From NCBI GenBank assembly GCA_963752475.1, contig CAVVYR010000027.1:1-64000 (forward strand): a stretch of 64,000 nucleotides of DNA, read 5' to 3'. The position numbers were made by a program, and so were the translations under genes. The DNA comes from an uncultured Chloroflexia bacterium. GTDB lineage: Bacteria > Chloroflexota > Limnocylindria > Limnocylindrales > CSP1-4. Under the pieces are notes generated by a model. It worked only from the letters and a program-made list of their open reading frames with translations, was not told where the DNA came from and did not search any database. Position 1 is the first letter of the stretch. The number at the start of each line of letters is the position of its first letter. This document shows, one piece after another, positions 50,271 to 60,643 of this stretch.

Positions 50271-51467
50271 TCAGTCGTCACCGGGTGACATCAGTTCCAA
50301 ACGCAAGCGTTGACTCTCATGGCGCGCCGAGTCCAGACCCGAGATGAGCTCGTGCCGGCCGAGCTTCCCTCGCACGAAGTCACGGAGCAAGGGCCCTGCT
50401 CGATCCTGGAACTCCATGTAGCCAGGCCACCGCGGGCGCAGGAACGCCAGGTCCATGCTGCGCAGGGTCGCTTGGAAGAAGCCACCCGTGAGGTCGTTCG
50501 CAGGACCATCCGTCCAAGCCGATCGGTGTGCCGGTTGGCCGCCTCCGGCGAGGTACCCGCCACGCTGCACCGGTCCACTGGCCAGCCACGCTGCGTACTC
50601 AGCGGCTGCTGCTGGCTGTGCACATCGACTTGAGATCGCGATGCCCGCGCCTCCGAGCGTCGCTCCCGATGGCTGGCGAGTCGCAGAGGGGATGTCCCCG
50701 AAGGTGACCGGGACGCGACGAAACCCGGTGCGCGCGTAGTTGGAGTAGCCGAACAGCAGCGGGCAGTATGCGATGTCGTCGCCATCGGCCATCCGGTCGA
50801 GCAAGGTGGGTGGGTCAAGCTCAGTCAGGTCGCTCTCGCATGCATCCCGGAGTCCCAGCAGGAGGTCGAGGACGCGATCAAGATGCGGCCATGAGAGCAC
50901 CGCGACCGACGGGTTGCGCAGTGGTTCCTCGCCGAGGTTCGCCGCCAGCGTGTAGAAGGTCGGCACCAGATCGGTATGGATCATCGGCATCCCCATCGAA
51001 AGGCCCGCCTTGCGTAGCTGCGACCCAAGACGCAACACTGCGTCCCAGGTGCTGGGTGATGCGAGGCCGGTCGCGTCCAGCAGATCGGTCCGCTGCGCAG
51101 AGACCTGGGCGGCAGCATCGATCGGCAAGGCCCACGTCCGACCGTCCCAAACGTAGCTGAGGTAGCTCGGACCGACGGACGCGTCCTCGAGCGATCGCAG
51201 CGTGGCGCCGGGAAGAAGCCCGTCTAGCGGGAGGATGTGCCCGGTGCCGGCTCCGTATCCGATGAACGGATGGTCGATCACGAGGAGGTCGTACCGCTCG
51301 GCCAGCTCCTCCAGCGGATCCTCACCGAACCGGAGGAGCGACCGAGCTTCCCAATCGATTCGGACCGTGGGTCGCTGCGCCTCGTAGGCCGGCGCTGTCG
51401 TCAGCAACGGGCCAAGGCCGCGCGGGTGGTCCCAACTGATTCCGCGAAGGGTGACCGACTCCGTCAT
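50271..51467 (-). CDS. Solute-binding-fold protein without signal peptide
   Basis: LRGISWDHPRG, IDHPFIG, DAAAQV, FGYSNY, GGQPA, RPR. Confidence 0.82.
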   Translation of the reverse strand: MTESVTLRGISWDHPRGLGPLLTTAPAYEAQRPTVRIDWEARSLLRFGEDPLEELAERYDLLVIDHPFIGYGAGTGHILPLDGLLPGATLRSLEDASVGPSYLSYVWDGRTWALPIDAAAQVSAQRTDLLDATGLASPSTWDAVLRLGSQLRKAGLSMGMPMIHTDLVPTFYTLAANLGEEPLRNPSVAVLSWPHLDRVLDLLLGLRDACESDLTELDPPTLLDRMADGDDIAYCPLLFGYSNYARTGFRRVPVTFGDIPSATRQPSGATLGGAGIAISSRCAQPAAAAEYAAWLASGPVQRGGYLAGGGQPAHRSAWTDGPANDLTGGFFQATLRSMDLAFLRPRWPGYMEFQDRAGPLLRDFVRGKLGRHELISGLDSARHESQRLRLELMSPGDD

Positions 51468-52546
51468 GTCGTCACCAGCTCACCGGCTCCCGCTGCATCA
51501 GGAGCTGGGCCGGTCGACTCGCGCACGACGAGGATAGGGACCACTGGTGGCCTGATGGACGTCGCGCCGGTGATGAGTAGCTCGACGAGGTCCCGGCCCA
51601 GTTGGTTCCGCGCGAGCTTCAGCGTCGTCAGTGGTGGCTGCGCGATGGATGAAGCCGCGAGGTCGTCGAAGCCGACGACGGAGACCTCGAGGGGGACCTG
51701 GACTCCCATCTCACGGGCGCCTTGGAGGATGCCAGCCGCGAGCATGTCATTGACGCCCACGATGACGGTCGGCCGCGCCTCATGGGAGAGGAGCACGATC
51801 GCTGCGGTCCTACCCGCCTCGATCTCGCCTCTCTCGTCGAGATAGCCCGAAGGGTCCTCGTGCACGTAGACGAGGTCGTCGCCGATCCCGCCCCCACGTT
51901 CTTCGAGCGCGGCTCGGAGACCGGCCAGGCGTCTCGGTGCGTTCGCGGTATTGAGTGATGTCATCGCGAAGGCGATGCGCCGGTGACCCAGTCCCCACAG
52001 ATGCTGAACGACCTGGCGCATGGCGGCCTCGTTATCGAGCGTGATCGCTTCGGAGGTCTGGCGTGACGGGTCATGCGGGAGCAGGAATGCGACCCGTTTC
52101 CCAGCCAGACGTGCTGCCTCTGCAGCCGGGTGATCCGTGTCGTGCACCGAGAAGACGTAGCCGACACCCTCGATGCCATGGTCGAGCATGGCCAGGGTGT
52201 ATTCGTGAGCCTTTTCCCAGTGACGATCGATGTTCGACAGGAACAGCGAGTATCCGGACTCGCGTGCACGATCCTCGGCGCCGCGGACGATCTCCGGCAT
52301 GGACGGGTTTGCGACGGACGGCACGATGAGCCCGAGCACCCGGGTCGGAGCCCCACGCAGACCGCGCGCGAGCGTCGAGGGTCGATAGCCAAGAGCCTTG
52401 GCGGTGCGGTCGACCCGCCTGGCGGTGTGCGGCGCCACGCCTCGGCCACTCAGCCAATTGGACACGGTGCCCACCGAAACGCCGGCCTCGCGTGCCACAT
52501 CGCGGATCGTCACACGTCGCGACTGCGGCCTCACCTCTTCACGCAC
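51464..52546 (-). CDS. LacI family regulator
   Basis: TIRDVAREAGVSVGTVS; SVVGFDD; PPLTT. Confidence 0.95.
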   Translation of the reverse strand: MREEVRPQSRRVTIRDVAREAGVSVGTVSNWLSGRGVAPHTARRVDRTAKALGYRPSTLARGLRGAPTRVLGLIVPSVANPSMPEIVRGAEDRARESGYSLFLSNIDRHWEKAHEYTLAMLDHGIEGVGYVFSVHDTDHPAAEAARLAGKRVAFLLPHDPSRQTSEAITLDNEAAMRQVVQHLWGLGHRRIAFAMTSLNTANAPRRLAGLRAALEERGGGIGDDLVYVHEDPSGYLDERGEIEAGRTAAIVLLSHEARPTVIVGVNDMLAAGILQGAREMGVQVPLEVSVVGFDDLAASSIAQPPLTTLKLARNQLGRDLVELLITGATSIRPPVVPILVVRESTGPAPDAAGAGELVTT

Positions 52547-52615
52547 GATCGGACCGATTCATGTTCGGGGATGGTAGCGCAACGAGTACGGCCGCACTGG
52601 TACGAAGCATCTCGG

Positions 52616-52644
52616 TTGACACCGAGACTGAAACGTTCTAGGTT
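52616..52644 (+). promoter_or_regulatory. Sigma70 promoter with overlapping LacI-type operator
   Basis: TTGACA-17-TAGGTT; TGAAACGTTCTA within the spacer/-10. Confidence 0.65.
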
Positions 52645-52692
52645 CTCGTACATGCTGTATGGTCGGCGCCATCGGACAATGGCTCGGCGCCA

Positions 52693-54389
52693 ATGACTGC
52701 ACCCTGGGTCCGGCCACTGCGCACTGGCCCGACGTTCGTTGACAGCGCAAGCGACTTGGCGTCGCTGGTGCCCGATGGCGCTCGGATCAGCGTCGGTGGC
52801 TTCCACTTCTCGCGTCAACCCATCCGGTTGGTGGAGGCGATCGCGGCTCGAGGGGTGAAACGTCTCAGTCACGCGAACTGGGGTGGCAGCATCGCTCTGG
52901 AGATCCTCCTCGAGGCGGACGCCGTAGACCACCTTATCTTCTGCTTCAGCAGCCTGGAGGTCTTCGGCACTGCGCCCAACTTCCGCGCTGCGCTCGAGCA
53001 GGGTCGTGTCACTCACGAGGAGTACACCGCGCTCGAGTTCCACCATGCGTTGCTGGCGAGGCAGATGAACCTGCCGACGCTCCCGCTACAGGCACCGAGA
53101 GGGTCATGGCGTGGCGCCGATGGCAGCGCAAGAGCTCGCCGAGGCCCCGGAGATCGAGATCGACTTCGTGCTTCTGCACGGGCAGCGCGCTGACACCAGC
53201 GGAAATGTCGAGCTTTCGAGCGCCCAGGGGCTCGACCGTTCGTTGGCGCTCGCTGGACGCCGAGTGCTCGCCACCGTCGAGGAGGTCGTGCAGCCAGGAA
53301 CCCTCGGCGAGCGCGCTGCGGTCATCCCACGCCAGTTCATCGAGGCGGTGGCTGTCGAACCCGGCGGTGCATGGCCGACGTCCTGCCTCCCGTACTACGG
53401 AACCGATTTCGGAGAACTGGCGCGACGTGTCGAGGCACGCCGTTTCGCGGGCAGTGACGACGCCCGCCCGCCCGCTCAGGCTCGCCTGGCTGCCGCCATC
53501 GACTGGAGTTCCGCTCCGTGGCCGGCTCCGAACGTCAAACGCGATGCTGCGTCGGAGATGATCGACGGCCTGGCTCGCCCGTCGTCTCGACGACCGTTCG
53601 GTGTGCTCGGTCGGCTCGGCCTCTTCCCTGGCGACGGTGGCCTACCTCGCCGCCAAGGCCAGCCATGCGCCTGGCCTGTCACTCGTGACGCATAACAGCG
53701 GCTACGTCGATGTGGCCGCCCGGTTCGCCAGTCTCGGCCTGGGTGAGGCCGCTGACTATCGATCGGCGGCCGTGATCTGCGGCGGTGACGACTCATACCG
53801 CTGGTTCTATCAGCAGAGTCGCGTCACCGACGAGGTCGTGGGCGCCGGCCAGATCGACGCATCGGGCCGGACGAACAACGGCTGGATCGAGCGGCAGGAC
53901 GGACGACGTCTGCGACTGCCTGGACAGGGCGGAATGGCCGATGTGGCCAATATGCACCGGAACTTCCTGATCTACGTGCCCCGTCAATCACCACGTCAGC
54001 TCGTTGAGGAAGTCGATTGGGTGAGTGCCAGCCGCGGGGTGATCACGAACGCGGAGCGCCAGGCGATGGGCTATGGACCGGGCGAGGTACTGCTGCTGAC
54101 CGATCTCGCCGTATTCCGGCTCGACCCGGTCGAACGACGGTTCAGGATCGAGTCACTCCACCCGGGCGTGACGCTCGACCGCCTGCGCTCGGAGACCGGG
54201 TTCGATGTGGTCGCAGCTGCGCCAGTCGCCACGACGGAGGCCCCGACCAAGGCGGAGGTGGCCGCGATCCATCGTGTCGATCCATTCGGCTTGAGCGAGC
54301 TTGAGCTGGTGCCCGCGCGCGAACGCCTGAGTATGATTCGGGCGGTCTTGGAGCAGGAGCGCTCGTACCTTGAGGGGCTCGAACGATGA
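52693..54389 (+). CDS. Family I CoA-transferase (GctA/GctB-like), apparently fused A+B, frameshifted
   Basis: ISVGGF..RQP, AWPTSC.PYY, GAGQID..GRTN, LPGQGG..D, SLHPGV..ETGF over three ORFs. Confidence 0.75.
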
Positions 54390-55699
54390 CCGAAGAGACA
54401 GGCCCGACCGGGCCCCTCGCAGGCGTCCGGGTAGCGGACTTCACCCAGCTCCTTCAAGGCCCTCTGGCTACACAGATGCTTGCCGACATGGGAGCCGACA
54501 TCGTCAAGATCGAGCCTCCCAGGGGCGACTTCTTCCGGCGCTGGTCGCTCGGGGATCGGTTCCCGCAGGGCGAGAGCGTTTCGTTCCTGACGGTGAACCG
54601 CGGCAAGCGCAGCATCGTGGTCGACCTCAAGTCGGAAGCGGGGCTGGAGGTCGCGCGTACCATCATCGCCAGCGTGGACGTCGTCATCGAGAACTTCCGG
54701 CCCGGGGTCATGGATCGGCTCGGTCTCGGTTTCGAGGCGCTCTCCGAGAGCAACCCAAGGATCATCTACTGCGCGAGCTCGGGCTACGGGCCGACCGGAC
54801 CCTATCGTGACTACCCTGGGCAGGATCTGCTGATCCAGGCCCTTGGCGGCACGATGTGGCTCAACGGTCGACGTGACGATCCCCCGACGGCGATCGGGTT
54901 CGGGATCGCGGACGTGGCGGGCGGACTGCATATCGTCATCGGCGTGTTGGCGGCGCTCCGCGAACTGACGGCGAGTGGACGCGGCCAACGTGTCGACGTC
55001 AGCCTGTTCAACTCCCTTCTCACCGTCCAGACGCACGAGTTGGCCTATTTCGCCAACACTGCCGATGCGCCCGTGCGGCCAGTAGCCAACACGACGGCGG
55101 CCTACGCAGGTGCACCCCTCGGGGTCTATCGGTGTTCGGATGGCTTCCTTGCCCTCTCGATGATGCCGATCGGACCACTGGCCGAGCTCGTTGGCGCGGA
55201 GTCGCTGGTGGGCACCGAGGCTGCCAACGACATCCCCAACCGCGACACAATTCACGCGACCCTAGAGGCACGCTTCCTGACCGACACCCGAGATGCCTGG
55301 ATCGCCCGGCTTCGTGAGCACGATGTCTGGTGTGCCCCGGTGCAGACGCTCGATGAGACGCTGGCCGACCGCCAGGTGGAAGCCAACCGCATGCTGAGGA
55401 CGATGGTGCACCCGAGGGTCGGGCCCATCCAGGTCATCGGCCCGAGCATCCGCTTCAGTCGGACCCCAGCCGACGTGAGCACGCCTCCGCCGGTGCTGGG
55501 TGAGCACACCCGCGACGTCCTGCGGGAGCTCGGGTACTCGGAGGAGGACGCGCAACGACTCATCTCGACCGGCGCAGTCATCGACGAGGCGCCGGAAACC
55601 ACTGACGAGGGGCGGTCGCCTCCGCGGAACCTCCCTACCGTCCAAGGTGCCGCTCCCACTGCCTCGCGGGGTGGGGGCCTTAGGGGAGGTGCAACCTAG
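54386..55699 (+). CDS. Family III CoA-transferase (CaiB/BaiF)
   Basis: QGPLA..LADMGA.IVKIEPP, NRGKRS, ENFRPG, PGQD. Confidence 0.95.
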   Translation: MTEETGPTGPLAGVRVADFTQLLQGPLATQMLADMGADIVKIEPPRGDFFRRWSLGDRFPQGESVSFLTVNRGKRSIVVDLKSEAGLEVARTIIASVDVVIENFRPGVMDRLGLGFEALSESNPRIIYCASSGYGPTGPYRDYPGQDLLIQALGGTMWLNGRRDDPPTAIGFGIADVAGGLHIVIGVLAALRELTASGRGQRVDVSLFNSLLTVQTHELAYFANTADAPVRPVANTTAAYAGAPLGVYRCSDGFLALSMMPIGPLAELVGAESLVGTEAANDIPNRDTIHATLEARFLTDTRDAWIARLREHDVWCAPVQTLDETLADRQVEANRMLRTMVHPRVGPIQVIGPSIRFSRTPADVSTPPPVLGEHTRDVLRELGYSEEDAQRLISTGAVIDEAPETTDEGRSPPRNLPTVQGAAPTASRGGGLRGGAT

Positions 55700-55796
55700 G
55701 GCAAGAAAGGACGAGTACAGCGCTACACGGTGCTCCGTGACGAGCAACGGTGGCAACAAGCCGATCAGTCATCCGACGAGTAGAGGAGGATAGGCA

Positions 55797-57053
55797 ATGA
55801 TGCAACGGAAGATCGTGGCGATGGCGGCTACCGCGGCCCTGGCGGCCACGGCGGTGTCCGCCCCCTTGGCCGCGCAGGACACGCCGCAGCTCGAAGTCTG
55901 GACGCTACAGCAAGCAGAGGGGCCGATCAAGGAGGCACAGGAACAGGCTGTCGCCGACTTCGAGACTGAGTTCGGTGTGGACGTCGTTCTGACGACGTTC
56001 CCCTACGTCGAACTGCAAGACAAGATGCTGCTCGCTGCCGCGTCCAACGCCGCCCCGGATGTGCTCATGCTGGACCAGATCTGGGTCGCGCAGTACGCCG
56101 GTGCCGGGTACGTGGACCCCATCGACGGCTTGATGGCCGAAGCCGATATCGCTGCGGACGACTACTTCCCGGGTGCGTGGAACTCATTGTTCGTCAACGA
56201 GAGCCAGTACGGCGTGCCTTTCGATGTGGGCGTCTGGGCCCTGATGTACTACAACCGGGACATGTTCGAGGCAGCTGGACTCGACCCCGATGCTCCGCCG
56301 ACCACGTGGGAGGAACTGAACCAAGCTGCGGAGACGCTCACCAACGCACCGGACCAGTACGGCATCGCTACCTGGGTGGGCCCCGGTGACGCCGCCAACT
56401 GCCTGTGGGACGCATGGACGTTCTCGGGCGGTGGCGAGGTGGTCGATCCTGAGACCAACGAGACGGGTCTCGGCGAACCAGCGGGCTTGGCCGCGCTCGA
56501 GCAGTACAAGAAGACTCTCGAATATGGCCCCGACGGCGCTGTCGCCCCAGACGTCGAGGACGCGTTCGCGCTGTTCACCGACGAGAAGGCCGCCATCTTC
56601 TTCTACGGCGAGTGGGGCCAGGACACGATCGCTGCCCGCTCGCCCGACCTCAACTACGGCGTGGCACTGCTTCCGGTGCCGGAGGGCGGCACGTCAGTGG
56701 GATGCTTCGGTGGCTTCAACCTCGGCGTCTCCAGCAACTCCGACAACAAGGACCTCGCTTGGGAGTTCTTGCAGTACGTGTCGGGCGTCGACAAGCAGAA
56801 GGAAGTCACGATGCTGACTCCGGCGAACCGGGACGCCGCCACTGAGTACCTTGACACCCGGCGCCAGTACGCTGATGTCATCTACCAGCAGTTGGATCAG
56901 GCTAGGTTCCGGCCGCTGATCCCGAACTACCCCGACTTCGCTGACGCGCAGCGCGTCATCCTCGATCGTGCGCTACTGGGCGACGTAAGCCCCGAGCAGG
57001 CGCTCGAGGAAGGTGTTCCGATGCTGAACGAGATCCTGGCCGAGGCCGAGTAG
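55797..57053 (+). CDS. Carbohydrate ABC substrate-binding protein
   Basis: Signal peptide ..APLAAQD, YYNRDMF, PPTTWEE. Confidence 0.93.
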   Translation: MMQRKIVAMAATAALAATAVSAPLAAQDTPQLEVWTLQQAEGPIKEAQEQAVADFETEFGVDVVLTTFPYVELQDKMLLAAASNAAPDVLMLDQIWVAQYAGAGYVDPIDGLMAEADIAADDYFPGAWNSLFVNESQYGVPFDVGVWALMYYNRDMFEAAGLDPDAPPTTWEELNQAAETLTNAPDQYGIATWVGPGDAANCLWDAWTFSGGGEVVDPETNETGLGEPAGLAALEQYKKTLEYGPDGAVAPDVEDAFALFTDEKAAIFFYGEWGQDTIAARSPDLNYGVALLPVPEGGTSVGCFGGFNLGVSSNSDNKDLAWEFLQYVSGVDKQKEVTMLTPANRDAATEYLDTRRQYADVIYQQLDQARFRPLIPNYPDFADAQRVILDRALLGDVSPEQALEEGVPMLNEILAEAE

Positions 57054-57076
57054 GCCTCTAGGCGCAGGTCGAACGA

Positions 57077-58033
57077 ATGGCGGGACGGGACGACAGGCAG
57101 CACGCGGTGGCCGCTGCGATGCCGCCCGTCGTCCCGCCCGTCGTCGTCCGTCGTTCACGCCGATCGGAATGGAAGAGGTCGGTCTTCGGGCTTGCGGTAG
57201 TCGCTCCAGTGGTCCTGCTGCTGGCTGCGCTGCTCGCGTATCCCTTGTTGCGCACGCTCCAGCAGAGCCTGTTCGACGTCCGTCCAGCGCTCCAGAAGAA
57301 CGAGTTCATCGGGCTCGATGGGTTCGGCGACATGCTCGCGGATCCGGTCTTCTGGACGGTCTTCATGAACTCGCTGCTCTGGACCGGGGTCGTGGTCGCT
57401 CTCCAGTTCAGCATCGGGCTGCTGGGCGCCTTCGTCCTGCAGCGTGCGTTTCGCGGGCGCTGGCTGGCTCGAGGGCTGGCCATCCTACCCTGGGCTATCC
57501 CCGGCGTGGTGGCGGCCATGGTCTGGCGGCTGCTCTATGACCCACAGATCGGCACGTTGCAGATCCTCACTGGGCCCCTCGGCATCGGGCCTCTGGACAT
57601 CCTGGGCAGGCCTGACACGGCACTCTGGGGTGTCATCGTCGCCGCCGCCTGGAAGGGCTTCCCGTTCTGGATGCTCATCCTTCTCGCAGCCCTTCAGGCC
57701 GTGCCGCGTGAACAGGTGGAAGCCGCAGCCATCGACGGTGCCGGGCACCTCGGCGTCTTCCGGCACGTGATGCTTCCTACGATGCGGCCGGTGATACGCA
57801 TCGGCGTGATCCTGACCTCCATCTGGACGTTCAACTATTTCGAGATGGTCTACGTGATGACCGGAGGTGGTCCGGTGCGCTCATCGCACATCTTCCCCAC
57901 GATCATCTACGAGGAGGCGTTCCGGCGACTGGACTTCGGGAATTCGTCCCGATATGCGCTGGTCAGCATGCTGCTCCTCATGGTCGTCGGCGTCTTTCTA
58001 GTGCGCGAGGCGCGGCGGAGCGAAACGCGATGA
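57077..58033 (+). CDS. Carbohydrate ABC permease (MalF-type)
   Basis: PWAIP, EAAAIDGA, MTGGGP. Confidence 0.93.
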   Translation: MAGRDDRQHAVAAAMPPVVPPVVVRRSRRSEWKRSVFGLAVVAPVVLLLAALLAYPLLRTLQQSLFDVRPALQKNEFIGLDGFGDMLADPVFWTVFMNSLLWTGVVVALQFSIGLLGAFVLQRAFRGRWLARGLAILPWAIPGVVAAMVWRLLYDPQIGTLQILTGPLGIGPLDILGRPDTALWGVIVAAAWKGFPFWMLILLAALQAVPREQVEAAAIDGAGHLGVFRHVMLPTMRPVIRIGVILTSIWTFNYFEMVYVMTGGGPVRSSHIFPTIIYEEAFRRLDFGNSSRYALVSMLLLMVVGVFLVREARRSETR

Positions 58034-58043
58034 AGGTGACGGC

Positions 58044-58880
58044 ATGATCGGCTGGCGGACCCGACGATGGGAGGTCCTCTGGGGCATCGGGGCGTTCCTG
58101 CTGCTGGCCTGGGTGGCCTTCCCCTTCATCTTCATGATCTCCACATCGTTCAAGCCGCCGACCGAGCAGCTCACGGCGCCGCCGACGGTCCTGCCTGAGA
58201 ACCCCACGCTGGACAATTACCGGAGCGCGCTCGGCCAGTCGGTGTTCTTCCGCTACCTGGCGAACAGCGTCGTGGTGACCGTCGGTACCACCGTGCTGGC
58301 CATCACGTTGGGGGCGATCGCGACCTTCGGCTTCACGCGCCTTCGCTTCCCCGGCCGGCGCAGCTTGATGGTAGCTGTCGTCCTTGGTCAACTCGTCCCG
58401 CTCGCCGCGATCGCCGTGCCGATGTACCAGATGGCCAGCGGCCTTGGGCTCATCGACTACCTCCCCGCATTGATCGTCGCGTACCTGGCGGTGACGCTAC
58501 CGGTGACCGTGTGGATGCTGCGTAGCTACCTTGGCAGCATCCCCCGCGAACTCGAGGAGGCGGCCATCATCGACGGCTGCTCGGAGTGGGGTGCGTTCCG
58601 CCGAATCGTGCTTCCACTTGCGGCTCCCGGAATCGCCGCCACTGCCTCCTTCGTCTTCTTCCTCATCTGGCAGGAATTCCTGTTCGTCCTCATCTTCACG
58701 ACTAGTCCGGACAACCGTACGCTGCCGGTCGGCATCCTGGACTTCGTCGGCCAGTTCGAGACGAACTGGGGCAATCTCATGGCCGCCTCGATCCTGATGG
58801 CGATTCCCGCCGTGATCGCGTTCGCGCTCATCCAGCGCCATCTGATCGCCGGCCTGACGGAAGGTTCGGTGAAATCGTGA
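58044..58880 (+). CDS. Carbohydrate ABC permease (MalG-type)
   Basis: ELEEAAIIDG, TLPVGI, GLTEGSVK. Confidence 0.93.
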   Translation: MIGWRTRRWEVLWGIGAFLLLAWVAFPFIFMISTSFKPPTEQLTAPPTVLPENPTLDNYRSALGQSVFFRYLANSVVVTVGTTVLAITLGAIATFGFTRLRFPGRRSLMVAVVLGQLVPLAAIAVPMYQMASGLGLIDYLPALIVAYLAVTLPVTVWMLRSYLGSIPRELEEAAIIDGCSEWGAFRRIVLPLAAPGIAATASFVFFLIWQEFLFVLIFTTSPDNRTLPVGILDFVGQFETNWGNLMAASILMAIPAVIAFALIQRHLIAGLTEGSVKS

Positions 58881-59818
58881 ACCATCTGATCGGCGTGTCC
58901 CTCAACATCGGGTCTCACGCCTGGTACGTGAGACAGGTCGCGGCCGAGCGTCGAGCAGCGGAGTTGGCTGGTGCATCTGTCACGGTCCGCGACGCGAAAG
59001 ACCGAGTAGACCAGCAGGTGTCCCAGGTTCGCGAACTCATCGAGCTTGGTGCGGATGCCATCATCCTGAGCGCCACACGTCCTGAGGCGATCGGTGAAGC
59101 GCTGGACGAGTGCCGTAGCCGTGGCGTGGCAGTCATCGGCGAGTCCATCGCTCTGGACCACCCTGCTGTGGTGGCAGAGGTGCGTGTCGACGATACGGCG
59201 GCAGGTGTCGCCCTGGGTTCGGCCACGGGCGCGGCGCTCGAGATCGCGGATGAAAGGATTCCCGGGTTGGTCGCGGTCGGCTTCTCGAGCTTGCGTGAGT
59301 CGCACGACCGCGAGCGAGGCTTCCTTGAGGGTCTACGACGAGTGCATCCCCACGCGCAGGTGGCGTACATCGATGGACGCGCCCAGGTCGATGCGGCACG
59401 GGCTGCGACGCTGCGAGTCATGGGCTCGATCGGTGCCGATCGGCGTCCGGACGCACTGTTCGGCGTTGACGACGAATCGGTCATCGGCGCACGACAGGCC
59501 TTCGAAGAGCTTGGCGTGGACCTTGGGCCCACGATCGTGGCCACATTCGGCATTTCGCCGCCGGGCGGCCCGGCGCTCATCGATGACGGCATCATCGACT
59601 TCGGCGTGGCGATGTTCCCTGAATGGCACGGACAGGTGCTTGTCGACCTCGCCCTGCTGCACTTGGACGGTCGCGACCACCCGCGACTCGTGAACCCGCC
59701 GTCAGCCGTGGTAACCGCTTCGGGCACTGCCACCGGATGGGACCGCTTCTATCGGCGCGACGGCGAGACCTACGAACTGGACGTCGGCGCGGTGCGGGCT
59801 CTCGGAGGGGACGTCTGA
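58877..59818 (+). CDS. RbsB-like sugar-binding domain protein, no signal peptide or HTH
   Basis: IGVSL start, QQVSQV..GADAII, RERGF, DESVIGA. Confidence 0.75.
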   Translation: MNHLIGVSLNIGSHAWYVRQVAAERRAAELAGASVTVRDAKDRVDQQVSQVRELIELGADAIILSATRPEAIGEALDECRSRGVAVIGESIALDHPAVVAEVRVDDTAAGVALGSATGAALEIADERIPGLVAVGFSSLRESHDRERGFLEGLRRVHPHAQVAYIDGRAQVDAARAATLRVMGSIGADRRPDALFGVDDESVIGARQAFEELGVDLGPTIVATFGISPPGGPALIDDGIIDFGVAMFPEWHGQVLVDLALLHLDGRDHPRLVNPPSAVVTASGTATGWDRFYRRDGETYELDVGAVRALGGDV

Positions 59819-60600
59819 TGGAGCGGCCGGATCGCCGGTTCCTCGGTCGGGTGGCATGGATCACCGGGGCCGGCAAGGGGATCGGAGCTGCGGCAGCCCA
59901 GCGGTTCGCTGCCGAGGGCGCCACCGTGGCGGTGCTTTCGGCCAGCGAGGTATCGGCCCGCGCAAGCGCCGACGCGTGCCGGGCGTTAGGTGTCGAAGCG
60001 CTCCCGCTGTGGGGTGACGCGGCGGACATCACGGTACTGGAGGCGTCGCATGCTCGGATCGTCCAGCGGCTTGGCTCGGTCGACGTGTTGGTCAACAACG
60101 TGGCCGAGGCCCTTTCGTCGCCTCTAGCCGAGTCCAGTGAGGACCACTGGCAGCGCGTCCACGATGTGAACTTCCGCTCGGTCGTTCGCTGCGCGCGTCT
60201 CGTGGTCCCAGGGATGCGACAGAAGCAACGTGGGGTCATCGTCAACATCAGCAGCAACCACGGGACGAGGGGTTTTCCTGGCTGGGGTGCGTATGCGTCG
60301 GCCAAGGGCGCGATGATGGCCCTGACCCGCCAACAGGCCGTCGAGCTGGCCTCTGATGGCATTCGCGTCGTATCGGTAACACCCGGCGCAACGATGACGC
60401 CGCTGAACGAGCAGCGTTTCGCGGAAGCGGAGGACCCGGTCGCGCTGGAACGTGAGTTCGTGGCCGGCATCCCGATGCGACGGCTGGCCTCACCGCAAGA
60501 GATCGCCAACGCCATCGCGTTCGTCGCCTCCGATGAGGCTTCGTTCATGACCGGGGCCGATCTGCTCATCGACGGCGGCGAGTCGATCCAGGGTGGCTGA
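59818..60600 (+). CDS. SDR oxidoreductase
   Basis: TGAGKGIG, NNV, YASAK, TGADLLIDGG. Confidence 0.92.
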   Translation: MERPDRRFLGRVAWITGAGKGIGAAAAQRFAAEGATVAVLSASEVSARASADACRALGVEALPLWGDAADITVLEASHARIVQRLGSVDVLVNNVAEALSSPLAESSEDHWQRVHDVNFRSVVRCARLVVPGMRQKQRGVIVNISSNHGTRGFPGWGAYASAKGAMMALTRQQAVELASDGIRVVSVTPGATMTPLNEQRFAEAEDPVALEREFVAGIPMRRLASPQEIANAIAFVASDEASFMTGADLLIDGGESIQGG

Positions 60601-60643
60601 GGCCGTCCCTAGGGATGCGAATGCGACAAGGAGTGACGCGAGA

